Shown one piece after another: positions 11,218 to 25,745 of a stretch of DNA of 64,000 nucleotides. The notes below the pieces were generated by a model. It saw only the letters and a list, made by a program, of their open reading frames with translations, searched no databases and was not told where the DNA came from. This DNA is from Owenia fusiformis (lineage: Eukaryota). The stretch lies in contig CAIIXF020000001.1 in NCBI GenBank assembly GCA_903813345.2, positions 40,982,001 through 41,046,000 of the forward strand. Direction: 5' to 3'. The stretch's first letter is position 1, and every line of letters starts with the position of its first letter. Made by a program: the position numbers and the translations under genes.

Positions 11218-14200
11218 GGCTGGAGGTAGCACATTCTAGAAAAATAAAGATATTTTTATGTAAAATATATTATTTCTTGACATTCCTGGCAATTGTGACA
11301 GGAAGGCAGAGCATTTCACTAAGATGTAAGTGGCGAAAACCCTAAAACAGACTGCAGAACATGTAATTAGTATTGCAATAGCATACTGATACATATGGGA
11401 ATAAAGCAGTAGACAGATTTGATTCACATTCACTGGTGGTCAAATTCATCTAGATATCATTATGCCTTCAAAGGTGTGTGAAGGTGGTAGAAATGTGACA
11501 GAGAGATAGAATAGCATGGCAATTTTAATTACTCAAGCAACCATTGTTATTGTAACCATACTTTTTCAACAGTTCTTATACTAGCTAAGTGAAGGATTGT
11601 ATTCAGAATGAATATAAGTAATATACCATTTAATTTGGTACAAAATGCACTGTCATTAGTTGTCATCAGTTATAACACTTCTGTTGGTGACATAAAAATG
11701 TTGTGAGGCAACTGGTGCCGCCCTCATGCCAAGGATGACATTCTAATTTGTAATTCCACTTTATTCAATGCACTCTTACAGAGAAAGTGGAACCTACTAT
11801 AGGCTACTCCCCAGTTATTAATGTGACTAATCTGCAAAAACTTGTCTTAGGAAATATGATCTTGTAGTAACATCCTCTATCACTGTGTATAACTCAAACG
11901 CTTTTACTGAATCCAAAAAGGATACGCTCCAGAATAAGAAAAAAATGGCATGTGAAAATGACCCCCTAAAAAATGGCATGTGAAAATGACCCCCTGTCCA
12001 ACGATTTCGATAATAATGGGAACTAGAAAAACAGCAAGTCCACAGAGTAGCAAATCCCACCGAACAAAACATATTTTGATAATTAGTGGGTATCTTGAAA
12101 GTTTCTTCTTGAACAGAGCATATCAGCATATGAAATTACCAAATCCATCCACTGGTACTTGAGTTATCAAAGATTATGTTTTTTGAAAAATGGCAACCAT
12201 TTTGAAATTCAGCCACCATTTTGAAAAATGTTTCTTGAACAGAGCAACGCAACTGTGTCCCTAGGCATCATCATATAAAATCTGAACCAAATCCATTCAC
12301 TGATATTTGATTTTCCTTTTTATATACAGGTATAGTAAAGTAGTAAGAGCATTTCTAAAATTGTGTCCAAAGTCAATAGAGCGTTTCAATGAAAACAATC
12401 AATTTCTTGAATACAAGTGAAGGTTTTTTTGGATTAGAATTTCACCACTGAGAATATACAAGTTTGTGACCTACTAGTTTGATAGAAAGCTCGACATTTT
12501 CACATAAATACTACGTAATTTCGTTCGTAATAAGCACAATTTGTTCATTAGCATGTTTCATTTTGCTTTCTCTCAGAGTTGAAAAAAGGAGAGTTTGGGC
12601 TAAATGACTGTTATGTGCAGATTCAAATGAAATAATATCTTGAAATTCATAGCTAGACAATATATATGTTATCAGGATATTACTTTACTGTATATAATCA
12701 ATATCTCATATGTAGCGTTCCAAGAAAAACCACAGTTTTATCACTCGATGCTACATCTCTTATTTGTCAGAAAGAGACATCTAATGAGGCTTCATTTTAC
12801 ATGATTAATATGATACCATGAAGGAAATATCCAGGAATACAGGTAACACAAACTTGAATTTGTGACCATATATTAGGAATTATCAAAGAAACAGAGCAGC
12901 AATATTTTCAAAACACATTCTTTATAGTTTTGTAATTTTTTTTATTTTTTATTATCATGAATTTCTAAAAAAAATCCAAAATGTTACAATGTAACCTTAT
13001 TTCAGGGTAATACCTAGGTAAAGACACAAAAGAAAACGGCAGACATCAGTGATGATATAAACCATTAGGTAATGCAATAAGACCCTGGTCACCTTGGCAG
13101 GTTGTTTCATATCAGAGCAACTTGACTTTGCATTAAAAAGGTTTTTAATATGTATTAATATGTGCATATACATCATCTTCTACACTCATTCATTCCATGG
13201 AAATTTGAAGTGACATATATCCTTTCATTTTTGTCCTAGATTTTGATACTTTTGTAAGACCGACACAGGGCTAGATGGGAGACATGGTGCAGCATCATAT
13301 TAATAAGGTCTGCAGAGATTACCATACAAGTCTCAAGATGAGAACACATATTAAATTACCAAATGTATTATAAAGGTAATAAGCTGATATTTGTATGGTA
13401 TGCACGCACTTTGCAATCACATGTCATTGCTATTGTCTCCCAACCTGGATGACTAATGGTTTCAACGTTGCTCAATTGAAAGAAAAGTTTAAATTGTTGA
13501 TGAGATTAATTGTGAAGATCTTTGGCAAAATGATTCTGAAGATGCATTGATATCTGAAATAATATATTTATGCTTTTGAAAAATGTAACTATTCAAAATA
13601 TCATCTTTCCTTTGACATTTCAATGTAATGGTACAGTTTTATTTAAACAAGCATGTTACCCTACTGCAGAAAGCTCCTTCAAAAAACTTAAAGTTGACAC
13701 AAAGTTAAACTCAAATAATTTGACCTTTAAAAATACCTTGAACTCACAGTTGACCTCAATATGACTGAATGCTTATTCTGAGTATTTCAGCATGTTTCTA
13801 TTTCTTTACTTTTGGATGAATTTGGCCTTTGAACATGAACATGACCTACAAAGACCTTGACCTCTGTAGACCATCAATGCACATAAAAATCACAAAAGTG
13901 AAATGCCTTCATACTGACCTTTCAAAAAATGCTGCAATATGGGCAATATTGCAAGGAACTACAATATAGAAACTATATAAATGTAGTCATTATATATAAC
14001 ATGTATAACATATGAATGCATTGTGCCTTAGTTCTGAGAAATAAGGTAGAGTTCAGGTATTAGCTGAATAATGTAAGCAGACATACAGACATATGTCGCA
14101 TTTATCTCTTGTACATATTAAATTGATGAGGTAATTTTTGCTATCTGCCTACGCAATACATGCATTTCAATATCTAAAATGAAAGCAATGCACTTTTTTG

Positions 14201-14585
14201 GATATTTAATTAGATATTAGATGTCAAAGTAGAATGGACTGATTAGAGAGTAATTCTAATGATCTTAATTTTGAAATAAAAAAGATATAGATCAAATGTC
14301 ATCAAAATGTCTGAAAGTGAACCCCTCTTGGCAAAAGCTGGCTACAGGCCTGTCTATTATACACCCTGCGCACAGAGTCTTGTTATAAACTATCCTCTGT
14401 TTAGTATAGACTGTATTACAGTTAAGTAGCCCAACGACTGGCGCCATTGACAGCCAGGGTCATGAATTATTTCAAACCTACCACACTAACCTTTTCTCAA
14501 CCGAATCAGCTAACTGTAAGGAACACATGCTAAATGACTGTCATTACCTATGCAATGATGTCAGAAGAAATTACCATATAGAAAG

Positions 14586-15285
14586 CACATGCTATCTATT
14601 GCAAGACTTATGCCTGTCACAACCGTCACCATGTTATTAAGTTTTTTAAGTTTCGCAAGGATTCTACCATGACTGTGGTATTGTTATTGTGAATGCCTGG
14701 TATAACCGTGACAATGCTATATTATATTGCAAGGGCTGTCATCACCTTGGTAATGTTAAAGCCTTATATGGCCGTGGCAATGGTTGTAAGGCCTGTCATG
14801 ACTGTGGTAATGTTAAAGCTTGATATGACAGTGACAATATTCACGTTCTTGAATGAGATTAGAATTATAGTTTGTGGAAATGAGTTAAAGTAGTCGTAGT
14901 AGTAGTAGTCTAGATTTACATATTTAAGGTAGATAAATGATGAAATTTTTCATTACAGTATTCTCGTACTTCTAAATGTCACTGTCATATTGTGCTTTAA
15001 CATTACCTCAGTCATGATAGGCCTTGCCGCCATTGTCACGATCATATCAGGCTTTAACACTACCACGGTCATGACAGGCCTTGCAATCATTGTCACGGTC
15101 ATATCAGGCTTTTACATTACCATGGTCATGACAGGCCATGCAATATAATATAGCATTGTCACGGTTATACCAGGCTATCACGATAACACTACCACGGTTA
15201 TGGCAGGATCCTTACGAAACTTAAAAACACTTAATAACATGGTGACGGTTGTGCCAGGCATGAGTCTTGCAACAGATAGGGTCTC
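14586..15285. mobile_element. Foldback element with long TIRs and internal short tandem repeats, 8-bp TSD ATAGAAAG
   Basis: ATAGAAAG lies at 14578-14585 and 15286-15293. Ends are CACATGCTATCTATTGCAAGAC and GTCTTGCAACAGATAGGGTCTC. It is inserted into a repeat whose empty copy is at 1186-1460. Confidence 0.85.
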
Positions 15286-16013
15286 ATAGAAAGTCGTAAT
15301 TATTTCGATGACAAACTCTGATTGGCTCGGTGAGCAGATATTTATTGTAAACAGGCTGGTAATAGCATTCTACAATACGGTAGATATATCTATATCTTTC
15401 TACACGTACCCCAGTAAATGGCCAGGGTAATCTCGCTAAGACTAAATAGGACAATATATCAAGGGTCATACATCCTTCAGAGTAGTTCATGTCCTATATA
15501 TCTTTAGTGCATTGGATGTCAATAATTTATTATCAAACTAAAGCTGAACTTTGGACCAATCAATAGTGAACGTGAACTTGATCTCATCAAATTCCTCAGA
15601 ACAACCACTTCACAGGATCAGATTTCGAAGAATCCTTTCTATGTTTACATTTCCTCATCAGTTTTTTCATGTATAACCACACAATATATATAACATATTA
15701 TATGTTGCAAATATCAAATATAACAGTACCATATACTGCTGTTATAAAATTCTCAGTTTTTCCACCCACTTGTTAGAGCAAGGATCATTTTCCATTGACC
15801 AAATCTGGAGCAAAATATTTGAAATTTGACCCCTAAAATATTTCCTCGATAATACCTAGATTTGAGCTGTTGGCATTTTGAAAATACATTATCATTGTAG
15901 AAAAATATCTTAACTTACCTTATACCATATATTTGACTTGGAATAGCCATTCTTATAAGATGAAATCTAGTGCTACATGAAGAGGGATCATTTTTTCTGA
16001 ATCCCAAATGAAC

Positions 16014-16028
16014 CCGGAAGTGACGTCA
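16014..16028 (+). promoter_or_regulatory. Overlapping ETS-CRE motif in the bidirectional promoter between the zinc-finger gene and CHMP5
   Basis: CCGGAAGTGACGTCA lies between a minus-strand donor at 15919 and the CHMP5 ATG at 16356. Confidence 0.6.
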
Positions 16029-16355
16029 AAAATTACATTTTCAATGTCAAATTCTATCAGATATTTTGAACTTGAAATTATTACAGTATAATTTCATATT
16101 ATCGTTTATAATAAAAAATTAAGTATAATCAAGAATTGAATAATATATTCATATTGATTTATGCGTAATATCTTTCAAATTAACGCAGAATTTATAAGCA
16201 TAATATAAATATTCGTTTTACTTGTTGCTGATAAATTTGACATCCAGATGCAACTCAGGAAAAAGAAAAACAAATAATTTTCTGTAATTTTCTCACATAA
16301 TCTCAGAATAAAGCGACATTTAACGTATTTCTTGTACATATTTTAATCCTAAAAC

Positions 16356-19300
16356 ATGAACAGACTATTTGGAAGAGGAAAGGCCAAAGAGCCACCCCCG
16401 AACATGACGGATTGTATCGCTGGAGTAAGTCAAAAATTGAAAATAATTTAGAAATTATTTGATTTTTAACACCAGACCAAGATATTCGACCTGTGATTCT
16501 GAATCATTTATCATCAAAATTTGTAATACAGATTACTCTTGAGTATTTCTCAAAGTGAAATTATTTAATGCAATGTGAAATGCAATATGTCATCACGGAC
16601 CTCTGCCAGATTACGTCCTCTGTGTCTAGGCTCAATAAATATACTCAAGGACAAGACACGAGATCTTCGGAAAATTTCTTTTTCCTTGATTTTGGAGTCA
16701 GTTTATCAATAAATATCACATGTCATACCTCAAACGATGCGTACTGTTGTTAGCTTCAACTCCAATCACTAAAGCCACATATCCAAGATGTGGAAACAAT
16801 AACAACGGTTTGTTAGGCTACGCGATCCTTTACTTTCATTGGCTGTTTGTTGCGATGTGACGTAATTTGAGAGACAAACAACATCGGACATTACTGGAAA
16901 TTACCGAAGCACTTCATTATCTTTACGCTCTGAAAATTTGAAATATATGTCCCGGGAAAAGTCGAATTACAGCGTCAATAATGGATATCATGCAACCATG
17001 CAAACTAATACATGATAAATATTTTTGGGTGGTCCTTTTTTTGATGTAGCATTTTTGGCTCGTGGCTTATCTTCCCATTTATCCTTTGGGCCTACTACCA
17101 ATAGGGGCTAGATCTGGCTCCAGATCTGTGTATGTCATGACAGTTCTTACTTTTCTACAAAAAACCATCACATGATTTTCAAGCTATTTGTTTAAAGTTT
17201 GCAATAGGCCTAAGGGCGCTTGTAATTGGTATAGCATTCTATAATAAATAAAGAACATGATAAGTGTATGTTGAATATAACTCACAAGAGTTACATTTGT
17301 AATGTTACAGATTGACAGCAGGGGTGAATCTATTGAAAAGAAAATTGCTAAATTAGATCAGGAGCTGGTGAAATATAAAGATCAGATGAAAAAGATGAGG
17401 GATGGACCATCAAAGGTAAAGCCTCACTCACGGTTGCTCTACAGAGGATGTAGGGTGGCCAACAGTCGTAGCTTTTCAAAATCAATAAAGAAAACCTATT
17501 CGTACTTCGTACTGCTTTTTCCTATATTTTATGTTGCATATTTCTCTTGATTTTGGGAAGCTATGGCTGTTGTACGGTTGCTGTAGATCAAATTTGACTG
17601 AGGCATTAAGATACAATAAACGCAGACTATGTATACTTACTGATAGGTACTAGTTATATTTAAACAGACCAGATAAATTTATGCTTATGTACACTACATA
17701 TGTAATTGTATTTATTACATGTGCATGTGCATACTTGAGATTTAATGCTATTTTGATTTATTTTAGAATATGGTAAAGCAGAAAGCTATGAGAGTGCTGA
17801 AACAGAAAAAAATGTAAGTTTAATTATAAAGGATAGCTTGAAGTGTTATAAATGGATACCTCTGAAGTAGTTGGTTAATGGTCGAGTATTGTCATCCTCT
17901 CTGTTTAATTTGTAGCAATACAAAGGATGCAGTGGGACTAATGTTCTGAAAAACTGACACCATTTCAGAATTAAGCTTGCTTATAAATAATTTGATATTA
18001 ACACCTTGAAAGCCCATGATTAAAGTAAATCATATAAATTTCAGAAAAAAATTAAGAATTCTGATTTGATGTGTCAAACCCCAAGTCATTTTTGGTTGAA
18101 TGAATATTTGAACAACACCCTGATATTATGGTAAAAGGAAATTTAAAAGTTTTTTTCATTTTCTTGAGTAGTTTTTAACACTTTGGTGGCATTTTCCAGG
18201 TATGAACAACAGAATGAGCAACTAAGGAACCAATCTTTTAACCTTGAACAGGCTAATTTCGGTATACAGTCTATAAAGGATACAAAAACAACAGTAAGTA
18301 ACATTTCTTGTGTTTTTTTTAGAAGTTATGATTATTTTATTTATTTATAATGGTAGATTGCTTCCAAGTTATAACTTGTTCAACCTGAAAATTGATAAAC
18401 CTGGTAAATTTAGAGGGGTATGTTCAACTAGACTGGAATAAAATGGAAATTGTCAAGCATTGCACTTTTATTAGGGCAAAAGCCCAGCTGTATTAGATGG
18501 AAAACATCTATTTACAGTGAACACATAGTTGAATCTAATAAGATTAGGGCAAATTTGAAAATAATAGATAGCTTCGTACAGTTGGTGAAAATTTGCCACT
18601 TAACACCTTTAAATGAAATGGCTGATTGGATTACTAGATAGACTGGCTTATTATTGAAAATATAATTATCGTGGTGTAACTTCATTTAAATGTATCTTTA
18701 TGTTTGTAGGTAGATGCAATGAAAGTTGGAGTGAAGTCTTTTAAAAAAGAATACAAAAACATTAATATAGATCAGATTGAAGTAAGTAAGCATTGAGAAA
18801 ATCATAACAGATGAATGCAAGTAACAAAATTTTGGACTTTGGTAATACATAATAGAATACATTTGGTTGAAAATGTATGAAGATGCTTGAAGTTTTCTCA
18901 AAAGTTTCTTTAAAATTATATGATACCTACAAAAATCATCCTTCACATTTGTGAAAAGTGCCATTTGTGGTTTATATTTTGCTCATCAGGATCTTTTACT
19001 CCTTGGAGTTGCCTTTTTAATTCTCTGATGTATTGTTCCAGTCCTAAACATGTAAATGTTTGAGGAAGTTGTGTATGTTGTACATTATTAAAGCTGAATT
19101 CTGTGTGTTGTAGGATCTTCAAGATGAGATGGAAGATTTTACTGAGCAGGCTAATGAAATCCAGGAGGTTATGGGACGTAGTTATGGGATGCCTGACATA
19201 GATGATGCTGACCTGGATGCTGAATTAGACGCATTAGGTAAACATTCAATGTTATGTAATACCAGAAACAACAATTCCCTTACCCTTGATTAGAATCTAG

Positions 19301-20437
19301 ATTTAGGAAAAATAAAAAAATAAAATATCATTTTGATTTCCTGAACAGATTCAGATCTTTGGAGCCAGGGTTCAAAGATTAAAATTGATATCATTATCGT
19401 TACAGTAGGTCAACTTCTATGGATAATGATATGGGCTACTAATTTGGGTTGCTGGTCACTTCAGGGCTTTTTTGTATCTGTAGGCTTGATTTTCCCCTCC
19501 CTCTTCCCACCGAGGGTACACTTAGTAGGCATGGTTTACAGAACTTGACCACTATGCTGAAGCTTATACATTTGACAAATAATTTGATATGATAATCTGC
19601 TTTAAATGGGCTTATTAGACTTTTGCAGATTATTGATGTAGATGAACATTAGGGTATAGCATGGAATACAATATATACAAAACTCTACCAAAGTCTAGAG
19701 CTCAGTAGGTTTTTGCATTGAGGCATAGCATCTCCTCATTCTTTTTCTCATTCAAATTGTAAAAAGGAACTTTGCGAGAGAATTTTTTAAAATCTACTGA
19801 ATTTTTTATTCCTATTTTCATTTTATCATGTATTTACAGGTGATGAGCTTGGGATGGATGCAGACACCTCCTATCTCGATGAGGTGAATGCTCCAAGCGT
19901 TCCCACTAGGGTACCTGGAGCAGATAGCGTCACTAATAAGGTTTGTACATATGCTTGTGTGACTATAGAATATAAAAAGGTACTAACATTACATTTGTTT
20001 CAAACAGAGATGATTTATTGTGTATTTATCATGCATATGCATTGTGTATTTCATTATTTTCTGAATTGCATTGATTTCCCCCTTCTCTCTATTCACTGTC
20101 TTAGAATATAATACATGTATAATATAAAATAAAAAAGGATCTGTAGTAAACAAGGGAAGGAGTGGTGGGGCCTTGAGTTTAGATATTTTAATTCACAATC
20201 TATATTTTGAATAGCTCTCTTACATTATTCATTCCGGAAGTATTTAAATGTGAAAGCATTGAACTTAAATGAATGTTAAAGTTTGTTTTTGTGTCATACT
20301 CACAATATATTATTATTTATTTGTTCAAACAAGATTTTGATATTGGTCATATCTTTTAATGTGTAATGGATCTTGTCTATTTCCAGGATGGAGTGCCAGT
20401 TGATGAATTTGGACTTCCCCAAATCCCTGCCAGTTAG
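16356..20437 (+). CDS. CHMP5: Charged multivesicular body protein 5 (ESCRT-III), 220 aa. Exons 16356-16424, 17311-17415, 17767-17813, 18200-18293, 18710-18781, 19114-19237, 19840-19940, 20387-20437
   Basis: Eight GT-AG exons total 663 nt in frame: [78 protein letters not shown]...[16 protein letters not shown]. This matches the recalled CHMP5/Vps60 N- and C-termini. Confidence 0.97.
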
Positions 20438-20952
20438 AACTATTTATGTTTATCTTGTGTCCTTTTGTGTTAAAGACATCATACATTATGATACAGATAT
20501 GGACTCTAAGTGAATTCAACAGTAAATGGATTATCGTGGATTGGCAATACCAGTAGACAGGACAATATATTCTATGTACATATGTATTAACTATTACTCA
20601 ATATCAATGGAGAATATATCATAGGAGCAATTGTCAATGAGGCTGAGTTAGCAAACTAGTGAGAATCCAACTTGAATAACTGAAACACCAGGAGACTTGT
20701 AGAAGCCCAAGGGAATGATTCTTACATGTATGTTTTGCATCAGCTCTTTCCCTTTGTTTTGGATAATACGATTATAATTTGACAAGATGTAAACATCACT
20801 AAGTCTTAAGCTTTTTGAAAAGACCCGATGCCTATCGAAAGTGTTAAGTGATTTTATATGATTGTTATAGACCTCATACATTGGTACAATATGCTTGATG
20901 CAAGATCTGGAATTAAATCTTATCTTTTGTACAAAGATTAAAATAAAGTGTA

Positions 20953-21331
20953 AACTAGACAACAGCAACGCCAAAACGTAGCAAATCCCATCAAACAGCC
21001 ATGACTGGCATTTTTACAAACGAAGTATATAGCAAAAAGTGTAAAATAATGCACAAAAAGCGGCCACCATTACAGCCAAATTTTCATCAGAAAGTGTTAT
21101 ATGTAATAACAGAAAGTGTATATGTGATATTTCAACAAAATCCCACACACATACATGTCAATAGCGGCCATTTTTCAAATAGCCGCCTACTTGTCAACAT
21201 ACCAAATATGAACAAAATCGCTCCTCCACTTTTCAAGTTATAGTAAAAAATGTTAAAATGGCGGTCATTTTTCAAAATGAAGGGATATAGGCGTTCCCTA
21301 TATCCCTCCGAACTTCGTTCAATGGGATAAT
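20953..21331. mobile_element. Helentron-like non-autonomous element downstream of CHMP5
   Basis: Starts AACTAGACAACAGCAAC...GTAGCAAATCCC (related starts at about 12020 and 21950), has internal AAAATGGCGG repeats, and ends in the hairpin GGGATATAGG-CGTTC-CCTATATCCC. Confidence 0.5.
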
Positions 21332-21992
21332 GTAAGAAAACTTATGATATTGATTTCAAAAGTAAGAAAATGTGCTTATTGTAAATGGCCAATTTTCACA
21401 AGAGGAAAAATATTTACATGGTTATCTATATATCTAAATATGTACATGTATATACAAACTATTGACTTGTGTGAATCTTTAGACAATGATTCAAGATCTA
21501 ATTTGTAAATGGCTTGTTCCAAATTATCAATTATGTTGAATATGTATTTGGTGCATCTTCACCATACTTTCTTTAAAAAAAACGGGAATATTTCAGGGGG
21601 CTAGAAATTTCAAATTTTTCTAAGAAATGTAATAATTTTTCTCCAAAAACATGCCAAATCTAATAAAAAAGATTATTCAAGAAAACATAGATTATTTTCG
21701 GAAATAATAGAGGGCTCACTAGATTCTCAATAGCCCTTTTGGCTTCTGGAGCTGTGCATTCTATAATTTATTTACCATATTTTCATTGAGTAGTCTATTA
21801 TACTTTGTCTGTAACATTTATTTCATGAACATAATGACATTCTGTGGATATCTTGATTAATGTAATAAGATGTCTGATTATACTAGCTATAGTTGTATTA
21901 TATTTGAATAAATTAATCTAAAAACACCATGATTATATAATTTTTTTTATACTGGAAACGGAGTAGCAAATCCCAACAAATAAATTATTCAT

Positions 21993-22915
21993 TATTCTGA
22001 AATATGCACCCCATGCAGACAGATCGCCTAAAATTACATTCGGATGATGCGAGACTCAACATTCACCAGGAAACTTGAAATAAATTGTCACCCATGGAGC
22101 AAATTATTTTTTACTGCTTAATAAATGGTGAATGACAGTCAAATTAAGTTCTATAAGAATGAGAATAGCATGACATCTTGATATTCCAAGGTAACTCGTT
22201 TGAAAAGTCATAAATTGATTATGGTGTAACAATAAAACAGCAATGAAATATTTGTAGATTTCTTTGAAAAACTAAGAAATACACATCACATATAGAATTT
22301 TCTGAAACAGAAAAAAACATGTATACAGAGAAAGGCCTGCGGGTCCGATTCACCCTGGTAGCATTAACATTGGTCTCTTATATGCTATACAATTAATATT
22401 TGAAACGCAACTAATATTGATATTAATTTATTTTTTTGAACTGTTGAAGTACACATCATACTTATGTCCGATCATACGTTCGAATAATAGTTGTGTTTCA
22501 AATATTAATTGTATGACATACACAAGACCAATGTTATGCTACCAGGGGGAATCAGACCTGCAGGCTTTACTATTTATACATGTTTTTTTCTGTTTTGAAA
22601 AATTTGATATGTGATTTATATTTCTTAGTTTTTCAAAGAAATCTACAAATATTTCATTGTGATTTTATCTTTACATTGTAATTTCAATCACTGCAATCAC
22701 TATTCGAGCGAGTTACCTTGAAATATCAAGACGTCATGCTATTCTCATACTTATAGAACTCAATGTGACTGTCATTCACCATTTATTAAGCAGTAAAAAA
22801 TTAATTTGCTTCATGGGTGGCAAAATGTTTCTTGTTTCCTGGTGAATGTCGAGTCTCGCATCATACAAATGTAATTTTAGGCGATCTGTCTGCATTTGGT
22901 GAATATGTCACAATA
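21993..22915. mobile_element. Foldback (long inverted repeat) element, about 920 bp
   Basis: ATGCAGACAGATCGCCTAAAATTACATT near 22013 pairs with AATGTAATTTTAGGCGATCTGTCTGCAT near 22868, and pairing continues inward to about 22480. No clear TSD. Confidence 0.75.
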
Positions 22916-23879
22916 TAATATAGTCATAGATTTCCTAATACTTTAGAATTCTCTCATTTGGTGGCAGTTTTGATTTTTTGAAACTTGAATAAGATAATAA
23001 TGACACATGTGATCTACTGTAAAATATTTTCCATTTGAGTATTAAATAGGCAATAGCGTATAGCCATACTTTGAATAGATATCAATTACTAGAAATTCAA
23101 ACATCCGGTGGCCATTTAGGGTTTTCAAGGGCTCAATCAGAAAAATGATACAATAATTAGAATCTACTCTAAAAACTCATGTTTTCTGAACCCCTGGATA
23201 CAGCCAAACACAGAATATTTGTGAAATAGATATATTTTCTGACTAAAGTGCTGAAATTTCTAACACTGCCTATCGATACTAAATCTTTTAATCCCCAACT
23301 TTCCATGCTCCATCCTTATTTTACAAGATTTTGCTTGGATTTTGATATTTTTCCAAGTTTTATGTCAGTCTGATTTCATCTGAAGATTGTTCTGATGAGA
23401 CATGTCTTTGCTGCTCAGTTCGTAATTACAGTACAAAAATATATCATGACCTTAGTGCTGATATGAAAAACTCAGTCCACCCCAGAGGCACATGAATCTA
23501 TGACAATAAGATAACATGATTAGGTCTTAAATTAATACTTTACATTGCATAATCTGTATTACAGCAATAAATTATATGTCCACCATCCTTCAAAATCAGG
23601 TGTCCATCCATAAATCATCCAGGAGAAGGAAGAAACTTGTGGAACAAACATCTAGATTAATGTCATCAAAAAGTGAATAAACACAGAACTGAATCCCAAG
23701 GGCTAGTGTGAAAAAGTCGATTTACCTCAGTCTTGATGTTAACATACCAGATTGCAATATTGTGTTCATCTAATTATGCCACATACACACATTGTGTGTA
23801 CTGTTGTTATTGTATATGGTCGTGCTTGATTGGGTCGTATTGATTGTGTAAGATTGTTCTTTGTCCAATTGTGTTATTG

Positions 23880-25745
23880 AGATTTCACTTGATTTACTTG
23901 TACTGATTGTGCCATATTGTATTGTTTCTATGCTAGACTGTGTTTGTTTGATTGTCTTGAATGGTGTTTGACCTGATAATGCATGATTGTGATACTCGGA
24001 CTGTACTTGACTATCTTGTACTGATTGTGCCATATTGTGTTGTCTTTATGCTAGACTGTGTTTGTCTGATTGTCTAATATGGTGTTTTGACCTGATAATG
24101 CATGGTTGTAGTACTCGGACTGTACTTGACTATCTTGTACTCATTGTGCCATATTGTGTTGTCTTTATGCTAGACTGTGTTTGTCTGATTGTCGAATATG
24201 GTGTTTTGACCTGATGATGCATGATTGTGGTATTTGGACTGTACTTGATTATCTTGTACTGATTGTGCCATATTGTGTTGTTTCTATGCTAGACTGTGTT
24301 TGTCTGATTGTTCAATATGGTGTTTTGACCTGATAATGCATGATTGTGATACTCAGACTGTACTTGATGAACTTGTACTGATTGTGCCATATTGTGTTGT
24401 TTCTATGCTAGACTGTGTTTGTCTGATTGTTCAATATGGTGTTTTGACCTGATAATGCATGATTGTGATACTCAGACTGTACTTGATGAACTTGTACTGA
24501 TTGTGCCATATTGTGTTGTTTATATGCTAGACTGTGTTTGTTTGATTTTATAAGGTAATGTTTTGACCTGATAATGCATGATTTTGATACTCAGACTGGA
24601 CTTGATGAACTTGTACTGATTGTGCCACATTGTGATATTTTTATGCTTTACTGTGTCTGTTTGATTTAATAAGGTTATGTTTTGACCTGATAATGCATGA
24701 TTGTGATACTTGTCTGATTGTATAAGGTGATCTTTTGACCTGAAATTGCATGATTGTGTTCCTCAGACTGTACTTGATTATCTTGTACTGATTGTCCCAC
24801 ATTGTGTTGTTTTTATCCTAGACTGTGTCTGATTGTCTAATATGGTGCTTTGACCTGATAATGCATGATTTTGATACTCAGACTGGACTTGATGAACTTG
24901 TACTGATTGTGCCACATTGTGATGTTTTTATGCTTGACTGTCTGTTTGATTTAATAAGGTAATGTTTTGACCTGATAATGCATGATTGTGATACTTGCCT
25001 GATTGTCTAATCTGGAGTTTTGACCTGATAATGCATGATTGTGATACTCAGACTGTACTTGATTATATTGTACTGATTGTGCCACATTGTGTTGTTTATA
25101 TGCTAGACTGTGTTTGTTAGATTTTATAAGGTAATGTTTTGACCTGATAATGCATGATTGTGATACTCTGACTGTACTTGATTATATTGTACTGATTGTG
25201 CCACATTGTGTTGTTTATATGCTAGACTGTGTTTGTTTGATTTTATAAGGTAATGTTTTGACCTGATAATGCATGATTGTGATACTCAGACTGTACTTGA
25301 TTATATTGTACTGATTGTGCCACATTGTGTTGTTTTTATGCTAGACTGTGTTTGTCTGATTGTCTAATATGGTGTTTTGACCTGATAATGCATAATTGTA
25401 ATACTCGGACTGAACTTGACTATCTTGTACTGTGTTGTCTTTATGCTGGACTGTACAGGACTGTACTTGATGAACTTGTACTGATTGTGCCACATTGTGT
25501 TGTTTATATGCTAGACTGTGTTTGTTTGATTTTATAAGGTAATGTTTTGACCTGATAATGCATGATTGTGATACTCGGACTGTACTTGATTAACTTGTAC
25601 TGATTGTGCCACATTGTGTTGTTTTCATACTAGACTGTGTTTGTTATTTGTATAAGATGGAGTTTTGACCTGATAATGCATGATTTTTTAAGATGGACTG
25701 TAGTTGTTTATCTTGTTCTGATTGTGCCACATTGTGTTGTTTTTT
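23880..25745. repeat. Tandem satellite, unit about 120 bp, about 15 copies
   Basis: The unit CTGATTGTGCCATATTGTGTTGTTTCTATGCTAGACTGTGTTTGTCTGATTG...TTTTGACCTGATAATGCATGATTGTGATACTCAGACTGTACTTGA recurs at about 120-bp spacing. Confidence 0.95.

Noticed and set aside
23770..25537. Short ORFs in the 120-bp satellite
   Set aside because: They are by-products of the repeat, with stops in neighbouring units.
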